Shown here: piece by piece, positions 49,564 to 60,854 of the stretch
Numbering within the stretch: the stretch's first letter is position 1
Layout of the letters: the number at the start of each line of letters is the position of its first letter
Assembly (NCBI RefSeq): GCF_032444005.1
Contig: NC_091291.1
Span: forward strand, 135,098,001 to 135,162,000
DNA from: Ranitomeya imitator
Lineage: Eukaryota
DNA: 64,000 bases
Reading direction: 5' to 3'
Made by a program: the position numbers and the translations under genes
The notes under the pieces: generated by a model
The model's database searches: none
What the model was told of the DNA's origin: nothing
What the model saw: only the letters and a program-made list of their open reading frames with translations

Positions 49564-50069
49564 GGCTACTTTCACACATCCATTTTTCGCCGCCAGGCGC
49601 AATCCGTCGAATTGAGAAAAAACGCGGATCCAGCAAATTATGCCGCCGGATCCGTTTTTTTTTCCCATAGACTTGTATTAGCGCCGGATTGTGCTGGATG
49701 GCCTTCCGTTTTGTCCTTTTTTCGCCGGATCAGGTAAAAAATCCTGATCCAGCGGCCGGGCAGAATGCACAGATGAACTTTTTTTGTGTCCGGCGAAAAA
49801 ACGGACAGCACCTGATCCAGTGCCGCCCGGCTTTTCTTGTAATGGAAGCCTATGGTGCCGGAATCCATTTTTCCAGTCTGTATATACCCAGAAATGGCAT
49901 TCCGGGTCTCTCTCTCTCTTACCTCCTCCGATTGGTGAAAACACATCGACGAATCCGGCAGAAGAACTGAGCCGTCGCATCAGTTTCTTCACTCGTTTCG
50001 CCGGATCCAGCAATCCGTACCACCGCCGGATAATGCCAGACGGCGAGGGACGGATGTGTGAAAGTGGCC
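49564..50069. mobile_element. PIF/Harbinger-type MITE in the last IL18-B intron
   Basis: TIRs GGCTACTTTCACACATCC / GGATGTGTGAAAGTGGCC. TAA TSD. Confidence 0.9.
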
Positions 50070-50139
50070 TAATGCAGACCAAAACGTATGACCACTGTGT
50101 GGTGGTGTGAACTTTCCCTTATACAAAGGAGTAATCAGA

Positions 50140-51141
50140 AACGTGAGCCAGGGGCTCTCATTCTGGACAAGAGGAGGCTATGGGGCTCTAAAGCTGGACA
50201 AGAGGAGGCTATGAGGGTCTCATTCTGGACAAGAAGAAGCTATGGGGCTCTAAAGCTGGACATGGGAAGGCTATGAGGGTCTCATCCCGGACATGGGACG
50301 GCTATGACGCTGTCATCCTGGACATGGGGAGGCTATGAGGGTCTCATCCTGGACATGGGGAGGCTGTGGGGGTCTCATGCTGGACATGGGGAGGCTGTGG
50401 GGGTCTCATGCTGGACATGGGGAGGCTATGGGAGTCTCATGCTGGACATGGGGAGGCTATGGGGCTCTCATGCTGGACATGTGGAGGCTATGGGGTCTCA
50501 TGCTGGACATGGGGGTCTATGGGGCTCTCATGCTGGACATGTGGAGGCTATGGGGTCTCATGCTGGACATGGGGGTCTATGGGGCTCTCATGCTGGACAT
50601 GGGGAGGCTATGGGGATCTCATGCTGGACATGCGGAGGCTATGGGGATCTCATGCTGGACATGGGGGTCTATGGGGCTCTCATGCTGGACATGGGGAGGC
50701 TATGGGGATCTCATGCTGGACATGCGGAGGCTATGGGGATCTCATGCTGGACATGGGGAGGCTATGAGGGTCTCATGCTGGACATGTGGAGGCTATGGGT
50801 CTCATGCTGGACATGGGGGTCTATGGGGCTCTCATGCTGGACATGGGGAGGCTATGTGGGGCTCTCATGCTGATCATGGGTAGGCTATGTGAGTCTCATG
50901 CTGATCATGGGGGGGCTCTGTGTTTGCACATATGATATATAGAAGGGGTTGTGTGTGGGTTCAAATGGTATATAGGGGATGTCCGCTACTTAATTCTGCT
51001 AAATATTAAATTATACAATTAATATAAAATAACTACAATTAATATGTTAATATTGATCAAAATTAATTTCAGACTATTGGTTTGGCCTCCACAACAGTCA
51101 GTCTCTCGTGGCCCCTAGGGAAAATTAATTGCCCACCCCTG
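50140..51141 (-). mobile_element. hAT (Charlie-like) element end with a 30-bp minisatellite (~50140-50920)
   Basis: Reverse complement of CAGGGGTGGGCAATTAATTTTCC ends at 51141. Array of ggggctctcatgctggacatggggaggcta units. Confidence 0.78.
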
Positions 51142-51342
51142 CCGTATCGTGTTACCCTCACCCTGTGTTGTCTGAATAGTATTAAGCCCACGGGGAAGGA
51201 GAGCGGGCGTTCAGTGGGATGAGCCCTGGTCTATGTGGTGTTTCTAGACAGCCGGGCCAGAGGACAAGAGCACCCGCTGACCCCCGTTTCTCCACAAAGG
51301 GGTTTAAACCCTCAGGTATTATATTATATGTTCGACTCTTAC

Positions 51343-51488
51343 CTCAACATAAACCGCATCACTTTCTACATTTCCAGCCTTCAGGATGTAATTTCTTTTT
51401 CCTATTTTACAGCTGATGGTTACCGGTAATCCGTCTCTACCATGAGCATTGTCTTTGTATTTGTGCAGATAAAATGTCGTTTGCTCCG
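51343..51488 (-). CDS. IL18: IL18-B penultimate exon (146 nt)
   Basis: (A)EQTTFYLHKYKDNAHGRDGLPVTISCK..VYVE aligns with human RTIFIISMYKDSQPRGMAVTISVK. Phase 1 to 0, gtgttacag / GTAAGA sites. Missed by the ORF track. Confidence 0.9.
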
Positions 51489-51905
51489 CTGTAACACAGA
51501 CATATTGCCAAACTCCTCAGTGTGGATACATTAATAATAATTTCCATTTCTTACATTACGGCTCATCTTTAGTTTTGTCAGGTTTCTGATTCTTTACTGT
51601 AAGAATAGGATAGCCTGCAGCTCCATACCTGTCAGATGCATCATGAATCAATGGGACGAATTACAATTCATTTGGATCTGTGAATGCTATTATGGCTCCC
51701 AACTCAACAGGATGGGTGATAACTTGCTGTTCATCAGAAGCCCGACCCACCAAATCCTGAGAACAGGTCTCTAAAGTCGTGGCTTAAATGTAGTAATGGC
51801 CGTGCATGTCCACCATCATTCTATTAATTGTCTGTGGGTCTCGTTTTTACTTTTTGATCGTTTTTAACTATTTACCACTCAAGGTAAATAGAAGCTATTG
51901 CATAC

Positions 51906-52043
51906 CTACAGTATCCTGGACAGGTTCAAAAATGGCATGGGACTTTTCTGGGTGGACGATCAACAGTTCGTCTAGGTCATTTTTAATGATCTGTGGAAAT
52001 CCATTTTGCCTACCAGCACTCATTTTGAAGGCATCAAATTCAT
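51906..52043 (-). CDS. IL18: IL18-B exon carrying the predicted cleavage site (D)EFD|AF
   Basis: EFDAFKMS..QIIKNDLDELLIVHPEKSHAIFEPVQDTV aligns with human SVIRNLNDQVLFI..PLFEDM. Acceptor taattacag, donor G|GTATGC, phase 1-1. Confidence 0.88.
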
Positions 52044-53572
52044 CTGTAATTACAGGATAAAAATGGAAGCTAAAACTCAACTTATGATCTGTTCGCGTTA
52101 CATCAGAAGTACAGATTTATATACTAATAACCAGTTTACAAGATGGTTCTCTTATTGTGGCTATACTTCTCCAGACTTCAATGTCTGCATGTCTCTGTCC
52201 CCACCTACAGCATAATCTATTGATGGGATCTATTGGAACCATAAAAAAATGCAATTCTATATGGTGGTCAACTCTATGGTTCAGATTCAGCGACCTTCAG
52301 CTTCTTCATTGCTCTTGATGAGGGGGTGTGATGGAGTCAGATGCTTCTTATTCATGAAGAGGGACTGGAGTGAAGTTTCTAGTGGAATCCCTCATCTTGA
52401 ATCAGACATGCTGTGGCGTCATGCCCCATCCACGATTTTGTCCTTCCCTAACTGTGCCAGCCGTTTGGCTCCGATTCATCAAGACTTCTGACTTCCTCAC
52501 TGGTCTTTATAAGAGGGTGTCGTGAAGTCATGAAGAAGGACTGGAGTGTGGTTTCTGGTTTAGGGAAATGCTTGTCATGAATCAGACATGCTGACGTCAC
52601 ACCGTCTGGCGAAATGGGTGGAAACGACAATTTTTTTGTGCAACTCCGAGTTGCTCCAAAATTTTGCAGCTTCTCAAAGCTTTTACACAACCTTTTGGGC
52701 ATAAACCTATGATGAATTGGGGCCATAAGCTCCAACATATTAAACCTTTAACCCCAGTGAGCTCACCCAATGGTAATTAAAAAGTTATTGACATGGTCTG
52801 CTCTCCTTCAAGCTTTTATATCTTGACCTTTTATACCTTGACCTATATCTTGATCTTTTCAAAGTTGTCATCTGGGAGAAGTTGAGTTTCATGGAAATAT
52901 TCAGCCCTTTCCATGCTCCTTTTAGAGGCTAAACCCTTACATGAACTTCTCTTTGCCAATACGCCTATTTTTTTACCCCCTTCGTGTGACTCAACAACAT
53001 TCCTACCACACCTGCCTAAAACTTTTGCACATGCATATTTTTGGCTGAGAGGAACTGGTATTTTTCTTCCAGTGTAGACAGACATAGGATCCAATATAGT
53101 TCTTGTACTATGACTGTGGTTCTACATTTTCCAGTCACCGATTCAGGTATACGCCATTTTCCAATTACGCTACAATTATGGGTCATGTTCGAAAAAGTCA
53201 ATCACTTCTCCGTGTGAATTACCAATTGAGATGAAGCAAAGAAAAAAAAAGGGTTTTTCCCTGAATTCTATCACGCTTCCTGTAATTGTAGTTTTTATAG
53301 TTCATGATAAAACCACATCTTTCTCTGCAGTTCTCCAGTGTTCTGAGCTCTTCTACTTGGCTGTAGCTGCCAGAGCGGAAGCTTCAAATTAATGAAATTT
53401 TCTATTAACTAAACACATAAGCCCCTTTAATAATCTTTACCACCATGACCGTCTTTATTACCCCTTCGAGCCCTAGACCAACAATCTAAAGGGTATACAT
53501 AAATCTAGTACAGACATATTAAATTTCAGCATGGGTACATAAGTTCTAGAAGTAAGTCTGAAATCATATTAC

Positions 53573-53605
53573 CAGGTGAATGTAGTTTCATTTGCAGAAC
53601 ATAAT
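53573..53605 (-). CDS. IL18: IL18-B candidate 33-nt propeptide exon
   Basis: Long pyrimidine tract ..tttattcaag, donor CTG|GTAATA, phase 1-1. Encodes (H)YVLQMKLHSP, loosely like human NFVAMKF. Confidence 0.62.
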
Positions 53606-54349
53606 CTTGAATAAATAAAGAAAAGAAGATGTAAAAAACATAAAGAACTCATAATAGTAAAGTTAACACAAGACTGTATGATGAAATTACAGGAATTGGT
53701 GTTGCAATCTTGTTCTTTCAATGTAATGTAGAAAATGCTATCCCAGCAAGCCATGACGTGTCTGTAGCTTTATGGAGTCTTACGGTCCATTACATGGGCA
53801 AATTTCTGCCCATAATGAACATTCATTTAAAGGTTCATTTAAGAGGGCCAATACAAACTGTGTGGGGCAGAATGGTCGATAATATGACCGTTCTGTCCCC
53901 ATACAGCAGGCATGTTATCCTTCTATCCTAATACATTAGACATGTTGTTGTTACGTCCCCATACAGCAGGCATGCTGTGGTTCTGTCCCCATACAGTAGA
54001 TATGATGTCGTTCTGTCCCCATACAGCCGATATGTTGTCATTCTGTCCCCATACAGCAGACATGTTGTCCTTCTGTCCCCATACAGTAGACATGTTGTCA
54101 TTCTGTCCCCATACAGCAGACATGTTGTCGTTCTGTCCCCATACAGTAGACATGTTGTCCTTCTGTCCTAATACAGTAGACATGTTGTCGTTACGTCCCC
54201 ATACAGCAGACATGCTGTGGTTCTGTCCCCATACAGCCGATATGTTGTTATTCTGTCACCATACAGTAGACATGTTGTTGTTCTGTCTCCATAAAGCAGA
54301 CATGTTGTCGTTACGTCCCCATACAGCAGACATGTCCTTCGGTCCTAAT

Positions 54350-54526
54350 CAGGGGCGGACATACCATTGGTGCAACCTGTGCAGCTGCACAGGGGCCCAA
54401 GAGGTAAGGGGGCCCCTTTCTCGCTCCAAAGCAAGTGCAATTTTGCATTTTTAGAAGTTCTCAGGCTGCAAAGGGCCCATATATTGTTCTTGCACAGGGG
54501 TCCTTTTCTGACTGTGTCCATCAGTG
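54350..54526. mobile_element. hAT MITE (177 bp) in the minisatellite
   Basis: 8-bp TSD GTCCTAAT (54342-54349, 54527-54534). Imperfect CAG..GGAC TIRs. Confidence 0.8.
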
Positions 54527-54894
54527 GTCCTAATACAGTAGACATGTTATCATTCTGTTCCCATACAGTAGACCTGTTGTTGTTCTGTTCCCATACAGTA
54601 GACATGTTGTTGTTCTGTCCCCATACAGCAGACATGTTGTCGTGTCCTAATACAGTAGACATGTCTACTGTACGGGGACAGAACGACAACATGCTGTCCT
54701 TCTGTCCCCATACAGTAGACATGTTCTTCTGTCCCCATACAGCAGACATGTTGTCCTTCTGTCCCCATACAGTAGACATGTTGTCCTTCTGTCCCCATAC
54801 AGTAGACATGTTGTCCTTCTGTCCCCATACAGTAGACATGTTGACATGTTGTCCTTCTGTCCCCATACAGCAGACATGTTGTCCTTCTGTCCCC

Positions 54895-55567
54895 TGTTAT
54901 GAATTGGTGGTTTAGGAGCAACATGGGACGAGCTCTGAAGGAGGTGGAACCTGTACTGACCGCAGTCCCTAAGCTCAACACAACACTAGAAGTAGCCGTG
55001 GGATGCTCCTGTCACTCCCTAGGCACCTCGTCACAGCCTGAGAACTAACTACTCCTAAAGATAGAAACAGGAAAACTATCTTGCCTCAGAGAAAATCCCC
55101 AAAGGATAGATAGCCCCCCACAAGTAATGACTGTGAGTGGAGAGGGAAAAGACATACGTAGAATGAAACCAGGATTTAGCACAGGAGGCCAGTCTAGCTA
55201 GATAGATAGGACAGGACGGAATACTGACAAGCTGGACAAAACATAGAATGCACAGAACGAATAAGTTCACAACATGTGGACAGAAAAGAGCAAAGAAAGG
55301 ACTTATCTTTGCTGAACTGGTCAGGATATCAGGGAAATCCAAGAGAGATGTGAATCCAACCAGGAACTATAGACAAGTGGCACTGGCTGAAGGGAAGAGC
55401 CAGGCATAAATAGCCGAGCAGAAAGAAAATCAGTGGAAGCAGCTGCAGACTGCTAAATCCAAGGAGCAGCCATTCCACTTAAAACCACCGGAGGGAGCCC
55501 AAGAGCAGAACTCATAAAAGTGCCACTTACAACCACCGGAGGGAGCCCAAGAGCGGAATTCACAACA
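54895..55567 (-). mobile_element. Solo LTR (673 bp) in the minisatellite
   Basis: TGTTATGAA..TTCACAACA inverted termini, flanked by duplicated GTCCCC. Orientation tentative. Confidence 0.85.
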
Positions 55568-57140
55568 GTCCCCATACAGTAGACATGTTGTCCTTCTGTC
55601 CCCATACAGTAGACATGTTGTCCTTCTGTCCCCATACAGTAGACATGTTGTCGTTCTGTCCCCATACAGCAGACATGTTGTCCTTCTGTCCCCATGCAGC
55701 AGACATGTTGTCCTTCTGTCCCCATACAGTAGACATGTTGTCGTTCTGTCCCCATACAGCAGACATGTTGTCGTTCTGTCCCCATACACCAGGCGTATTG
55801 TCCTTCTGTCCCCACATACAGTAGACATGTTGTCGTTTTGTCCCCATACAGTAGACATGTTGTCGTTCTGTCCCCATACACCAGGCATGTTGTCGTTCTG
55901 TCCCCATACAGCAGACATGTTGTCGTTCTGTCCCCATACAGCAGACATGTTGTCGTTCTGTCCCCATACAGCAGACATGTTGTCCTTCTGTCCCCACATA
56001 CAGTAGACATGTCCTTCAGTCCCCATACAGCAGACATGTTGTCCTTCTGTCCCCACATACAGTAGACATGTCCTTCAGTCCCCATACAGCAGGCATGTTG
56101 TCGTTCTGTCCCCATACACCAGGCATGTTGTCGTTTTGTCCCCATACAGTAGACATGTTGTCGTTCTGTCCCCATACAGCAGGCATGTTGTCGTTCTGTC
56201 CCCATACAGCAGGCATGTTGTCGTTCTGTCCCCATACAGCAGGCATGTTGTCGTTCTGTCCCCATACACCAGGCATGTTGTCGTTTTGTCCCCATACAGT
56301 AGACATGTTGTCGTTCTGTCCCCATACACCAGGCATATTGTCGTTCTGTCCCCATACACCAGGCATGTTGTCATTTCGTCCCCATACAGTAGACATGTTG
56401 TCGTTCTGTCCCCATACAGCAGGCATGTTGTCGTTCTGTCCCCATACACCAGGCATGTTGTCGTTCTGTCCCCATACAGCAGACATGTTGTCGTTCTGTC
56501 CCCATACACCAGGCGTATTGTCGGCAGCACATCCTATGTTTACATGTTGCAATGTGAAGCTGATATGAACCAACTTAGCCATAAAACGAGCATTAGACAT
56601 AGAACGAGCCTTTGGTTCGTTCTTCAGTCTATCACATGACTTGTATATACAGCCCAATAATTGGGAATTAGGATGTACTTGTACATCTCAGACCACAGGG
56701 ACACTTGATGTGAAAACACTGAAAGGGGCTGGCTTGGCTGATGAACTGAGCCTGACAGCCGGCCTGTTTCATCCCATGCTGACATTTCTTGCTTGCTTTG
56801 GATTGAAGGTATAAAATTGGAATATCAGTGGTGATCTAATAAGTAAAGTATATTAGTTATTAGTTTTATTAATTCAAATTGATTTGCAAATACCTTTTAT
56901 GTCCCCTTCAAATGATGAAATTCTGTCCGCCTGCTGCCACCACTAGAGGGAGCTTGGGAGCATGCCGCATACTGTTTCTTTACTGTGTGCATTTACTGGC
57001 TCACGCAGCATCACATTACTATTTGCTCTACGTCCATATATAATAAATATTCTTAAATGGAAAAATGTATAAAAAAATGCATGGAGCTCGCATTGTTTTA
57101 CCAAGCACACACGTTTAGAAATGTAGTGACTTTGACTTAC

Positions 57141-57162
57141 GCTGACTTGGCCTTTCATCCAT
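57141..57162 (-). CDS. IL18: IL18-B candidate first coding segment (MDERPSQ), within exon 57141-57176
   Basis: Acceptor (T)10cag at 57177, donor C|GTAAGT, AAGATGG Kozak context, phase 1. Gives a 555-nt, 184-aa ORF. The frame is open upstream of the ATG, so a longer N-terminus is possible. Confidence 0.6.
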
Positions 57163-57649
57163 CTTCCGCAGAAAAGCTGAAAAAAAAAATTGATTTACTT
57201 TTAGTGAATGGTTAAAATCAGGCCCTTTCCCTCTTTCCATTTCGCACCCAGACTCCTATTGTGTAACACTCACTTTGGTCACATTGCAACATTTTGTTTC
57301 TTATTCGCAGAATCACTGAAAAATTGCAGAAAATACAAATTAATTACTGTACATCAAGCAACAAATACTATAACACCCGGCCATGGGTACACGTGTCTCC
57401 CCATGTACACGGAAATGGAGGCTGTGATGGTGGCAACCTCTGCCCATTGGCTATAAAGGCATCCATTTAAAGGATGAGCTTTATCATCATCATGTATCAA
57501 TTAAAGGGGTTGTCTTATCTTAATTAAGTTTCTGAAAAGTGCTTTAAAAAAAAGCAACTTTGCAATTTACCGCTCAAGAATGGGGGTATTTTTTTTTCAA
57601 TTCCATAGTTCTCTGCCTAGCTTATCCACCACCAATTTATCAGCTAAGC

Positions 57650-57844
57650 CAGGGGTGTCAAACTGCATTCCTCAAGGGCTGCAAACAGGTCATGTTTTCA
57701 GGATTTCCTTGTACTGCACAGGTGATAGTTTAATCACCAACTCATTATTTGTGTAGGTGATTAAATTATCACCTGTGCAGTACAAGGAAATCCTGAAAAC
57801 ATGACCTGTTTGCAGCCCTCGAGGAATGCAGTTTGACACCCCTG
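57650..57844. mobile_element. Palindromic hAT MITE (195 bp)
   Basis: CAGGGGTGTCAAAC termini, near-complete self-complementarity, 8-bp TSD AGCTAAGC. Confidence 0.93.
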
Positions 57845-58100
57845 AGCTAAGCAACGAGCGTGCGCCTTCAAGGCCTTTGCTTTAGTTATGTCATGAAAAG
57901 GTATAATTTAATGGCTGCTTCCACATCTGGCACCTATAGGTTTCCATTCCATGGAGTCCACCAGAACAGGAGCTTTTCCTACAGATCAATTCTCCATTTT
58001 GGGTCACAGTGTCACAAGCAGTAGACCTTCTCCCCATGATGTCCACATGCCCCAAAGATAAAATAAGAATCGTCCTCTGATCACTGTGATTCTGATACAT

Positions 58101-58286
58101 CAGGGGTCCCCAACTCCAGGCCTCGAGGGCCGCCAACAGTGCAGGTTTTCAGGATTTCTTTAGTATTGTATCGGTGGTAATGTGATCATCTGCACAGGTG
58201 ATGATTCCAACCCCCGTACAATACTAAGGAAATCCTGAAAACCTGCACTGTTGGCGGCCCCCGAGGCCTGGAGTTGGGGACCACTG
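58101..58286. mobile_element. Palindromic hAT MITE (186 bp)
   Basis: CAGGGGTCCCCAACTCCAGGCC termini, 8-bp TSD TGATACAT. Confidence 0.92.
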
Positions 58287-58690
58287 TGATACATGGTCAA
58301 TTTCTGCAAACCTACAGCAGATCGGCCATGTCCAGCTCTAGGTAGGGGATGTCTTCAGTGGACAACCTCGTAAAATATGCCATGCTTTACGCTTACGTAA
58401 CAGTAGCTTATCTAAGCAGCTCTTCCAGGTTTCGTCATCTCGGCAGCAGGGATTTCCCAAAAGTACAAGAGGCCATAAAGTTCAGAAAGAAAAGTCACTA
58501 CGTAGTAAAACAATAAAACCTGCAACATGACTGAGCAGATGTGTAGCAATCATTGTCTTCCGCAATTCTACACAACAAGAAAAATGCTGATGTCGGCATT
58601 ACATGTCCATTAGATTCACCCGCCTCCATCATGGATCCATAAAGGAAGACTCCTCCGCCTCCACTGCTATGTCAGCATGATGCACAATTA

Positions 58691-59003
58691 GGCTACGTTC
58701 ACATTTGCGTTGTGCGGTGCTGCGTCGGCGACGCAACGCACAACGCAAACAAGAACGCATGCAAAACGCATCATTTTGTGACGCATGCGTCCTTTTTTGG
58801 CATGATTTTGGCCGCAAAAAAAAATGAAACTTGCTGCATCCTCTGCGCCCTGACGCTTGCGCGAAAAAAAGACGCATGCGTCACAAAACGCAAGACAACG
58901 CATGTCCATGCGCCCCCATGTTAAATATAGGGGCGCATGACGCATGCGTCGCCGCGTCTGTGCCCGACGCAGCCCCCCGCAAAACGCTAATGTGAACGTA
59001 GCC
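58691..59003. mobile_element. PIF/Harbinger-type MITE (GGCTACGTTCACA family)
   Basis: TIRs as at 15895. TTA/TAA flanks. Confidence 0.88.
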
Positions 59004-59598
59004 TAACTCAAAGGTCGTCCATAATAAGTAAGACAATACAATATTGCTATCTAATAAATAATACAGCATAGAATGCTGAAATAATACCATTATACACTAC
59101 CAGTTCAAGCAAACCATGCCTACGTCCGGTGACTGCTGCAGAACGTTCAGATCGTCACTTCTACCGACACTTTCTTGATCACACATATACATAATAACCC
59201 CCATAAACCTGCTCGCTTCCTACAAACCTACACTCGCAGGTATATTAAATTGCACAGTAGATTGCAGAGGTCTCTGGGATTCTATTATTACATTTAGGAT
59301 GCAAAAAAAATAATAATTTGCCACAATTTTTGCAAAAACTGCAGCTAAAAAAACTCAGAAAAACAAGTAAAACAACTGCCCATGGCCACATAGCAATTAT
59401 GTCTTGCTTCCAAAACTGCTCGTCTAAAATTACAAAACGTAAGGGGTTTATCCAGGACTAGAAAATATGTCTGCTTCCCCCCCCCCCCCCATAAACCGCT
59501 CCATCCTTAACTACAGGTTGGGTCTGGTAATGCAGATCAGCCTTACTTCAATGTATGGGACTGAGCTGTAATATTAAGCCTAACCTGTGGGTCAGCAG

Positions 59599-59895
59599 CA
59601 GGTACGGACTGGGGCTGAAATTCACTCCTGGTATTTGAACCGGATGGGACATATTACTAATATTACCCTGGATGGAGGAATGGAAGATTTACTACAAAAC
59701 CAGTATTTCCAGTGATACCCGTGGCCTGCTGGGGTATGTGACGGAGTCAGTAACTTTGTGCTCCATCACAACTCTTAAGAGTATGGATGTCTTGAGATCA
59801 CCGATTCTGTTAGCAAGGTAGCAGACAAGGCAGCCCATGACCTGACAGGCCCTTCTGGCATTTGCCAGAATTGCCAGATGGCCAGTCCGGCCCTG
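59599..59895. mobile_element. hAT MITE (297 bp)
   Basis: CAGGTACGGACTGG / CCAGTCCGGCCCTG termini, 8-bp TSD GTCAGCAG. Confidence 0.88.
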
Positions 59896-60854
59896 GTCAG
59901 CAGGTTTAACAGTGCTATATTATTTTTTGTCATGTGTCCATTTTCCTAAAATCCCTAGTTATCGGCCTCGGATAATCAGCCCCTGGGATGGTCTAATAAT
60001 CAGATACTTATGGTAAATAATGGAGCTTTCTTAGCACTTCGTCTACCATACGAGGGCATTGAACGTCAAGATCGCATACAGGTGGGAGGTGGGTTGACCA
60101 CAGCGTCTAAGGAGTTTAAAAATTTTTTTAATTAAGATATTTTGTGACCTCCTCTAATTGCCTGTTGTCCAATGATGAAAGCAGAGATCCGGGAATCAGG
60201 ATTTTACGGAGCTGGAAGCTTTTAGTGACGAATCTGTAAAAAGCCAACAGGGTGGTCAGTAAGGGGTTAAGTAATCCAGACATTTTATTATTCATGACAT
60301 GACAATTTTGGGTGAAAGAAAGGGAAATGGAAAGTCCTGTTCCTGAGCCATCACATTTTTCTGTACTTTATAAGTTAGGAAACTCCCTACTGGTCATGAA
60401 GAGAAGAGGAATGGAAGGAATGCCCTATGTAAAAGACAAAAGGGAATTCTAAAAAATGTTGTTGTTTTTTATGTTTGCTTTTATTAACAAGCCCACGTAA
60501 TACAATACTGTCTGCAAGTATTAATCCCATCCCCCTCCTCCTGGCCCTGTACATGCCCAGACGCTGTACATGGTCCTCACACATGGTTCCAATCACCACC
60601 AGACTAAAGCTTACAGAGAAGTCCTCTCACTCTCTTATGATCTCTCTCTCTTACTGTTTTTGGTCTCTTTCTTTTTCAGTGTTTCGCTGTGTTTCAATCT
60701 TTTACTCTGGCACCTAAAGTGTAACATTTCTACTTGTGGAGAGTGACAGGCCTTTCGTGCCAGTGTAAGGAGACTTATAGGCCGAGTAATGCTCCTCTGG
60801 GAAATTAAATAATCAAATTGCTTCCTCAGACAGAAAGAGAACTTGAAGTTTTCT

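Larger units (their letters stand above)
53890..56520. repeat. 30-bp minisatellite (cccatacagcagacatgttgtcgttctgtc), interrupted by two insertions
   Basis: Directly visible. Explains the MLSFCPHTAD / WGQNDNM pseudo-ORFs. Confidence 0.95.

Noticed and set aside
53912-56657. 150-300-aa ORFs on both strands
   Set aside because: Frames of a 30-bp tandem repeat.
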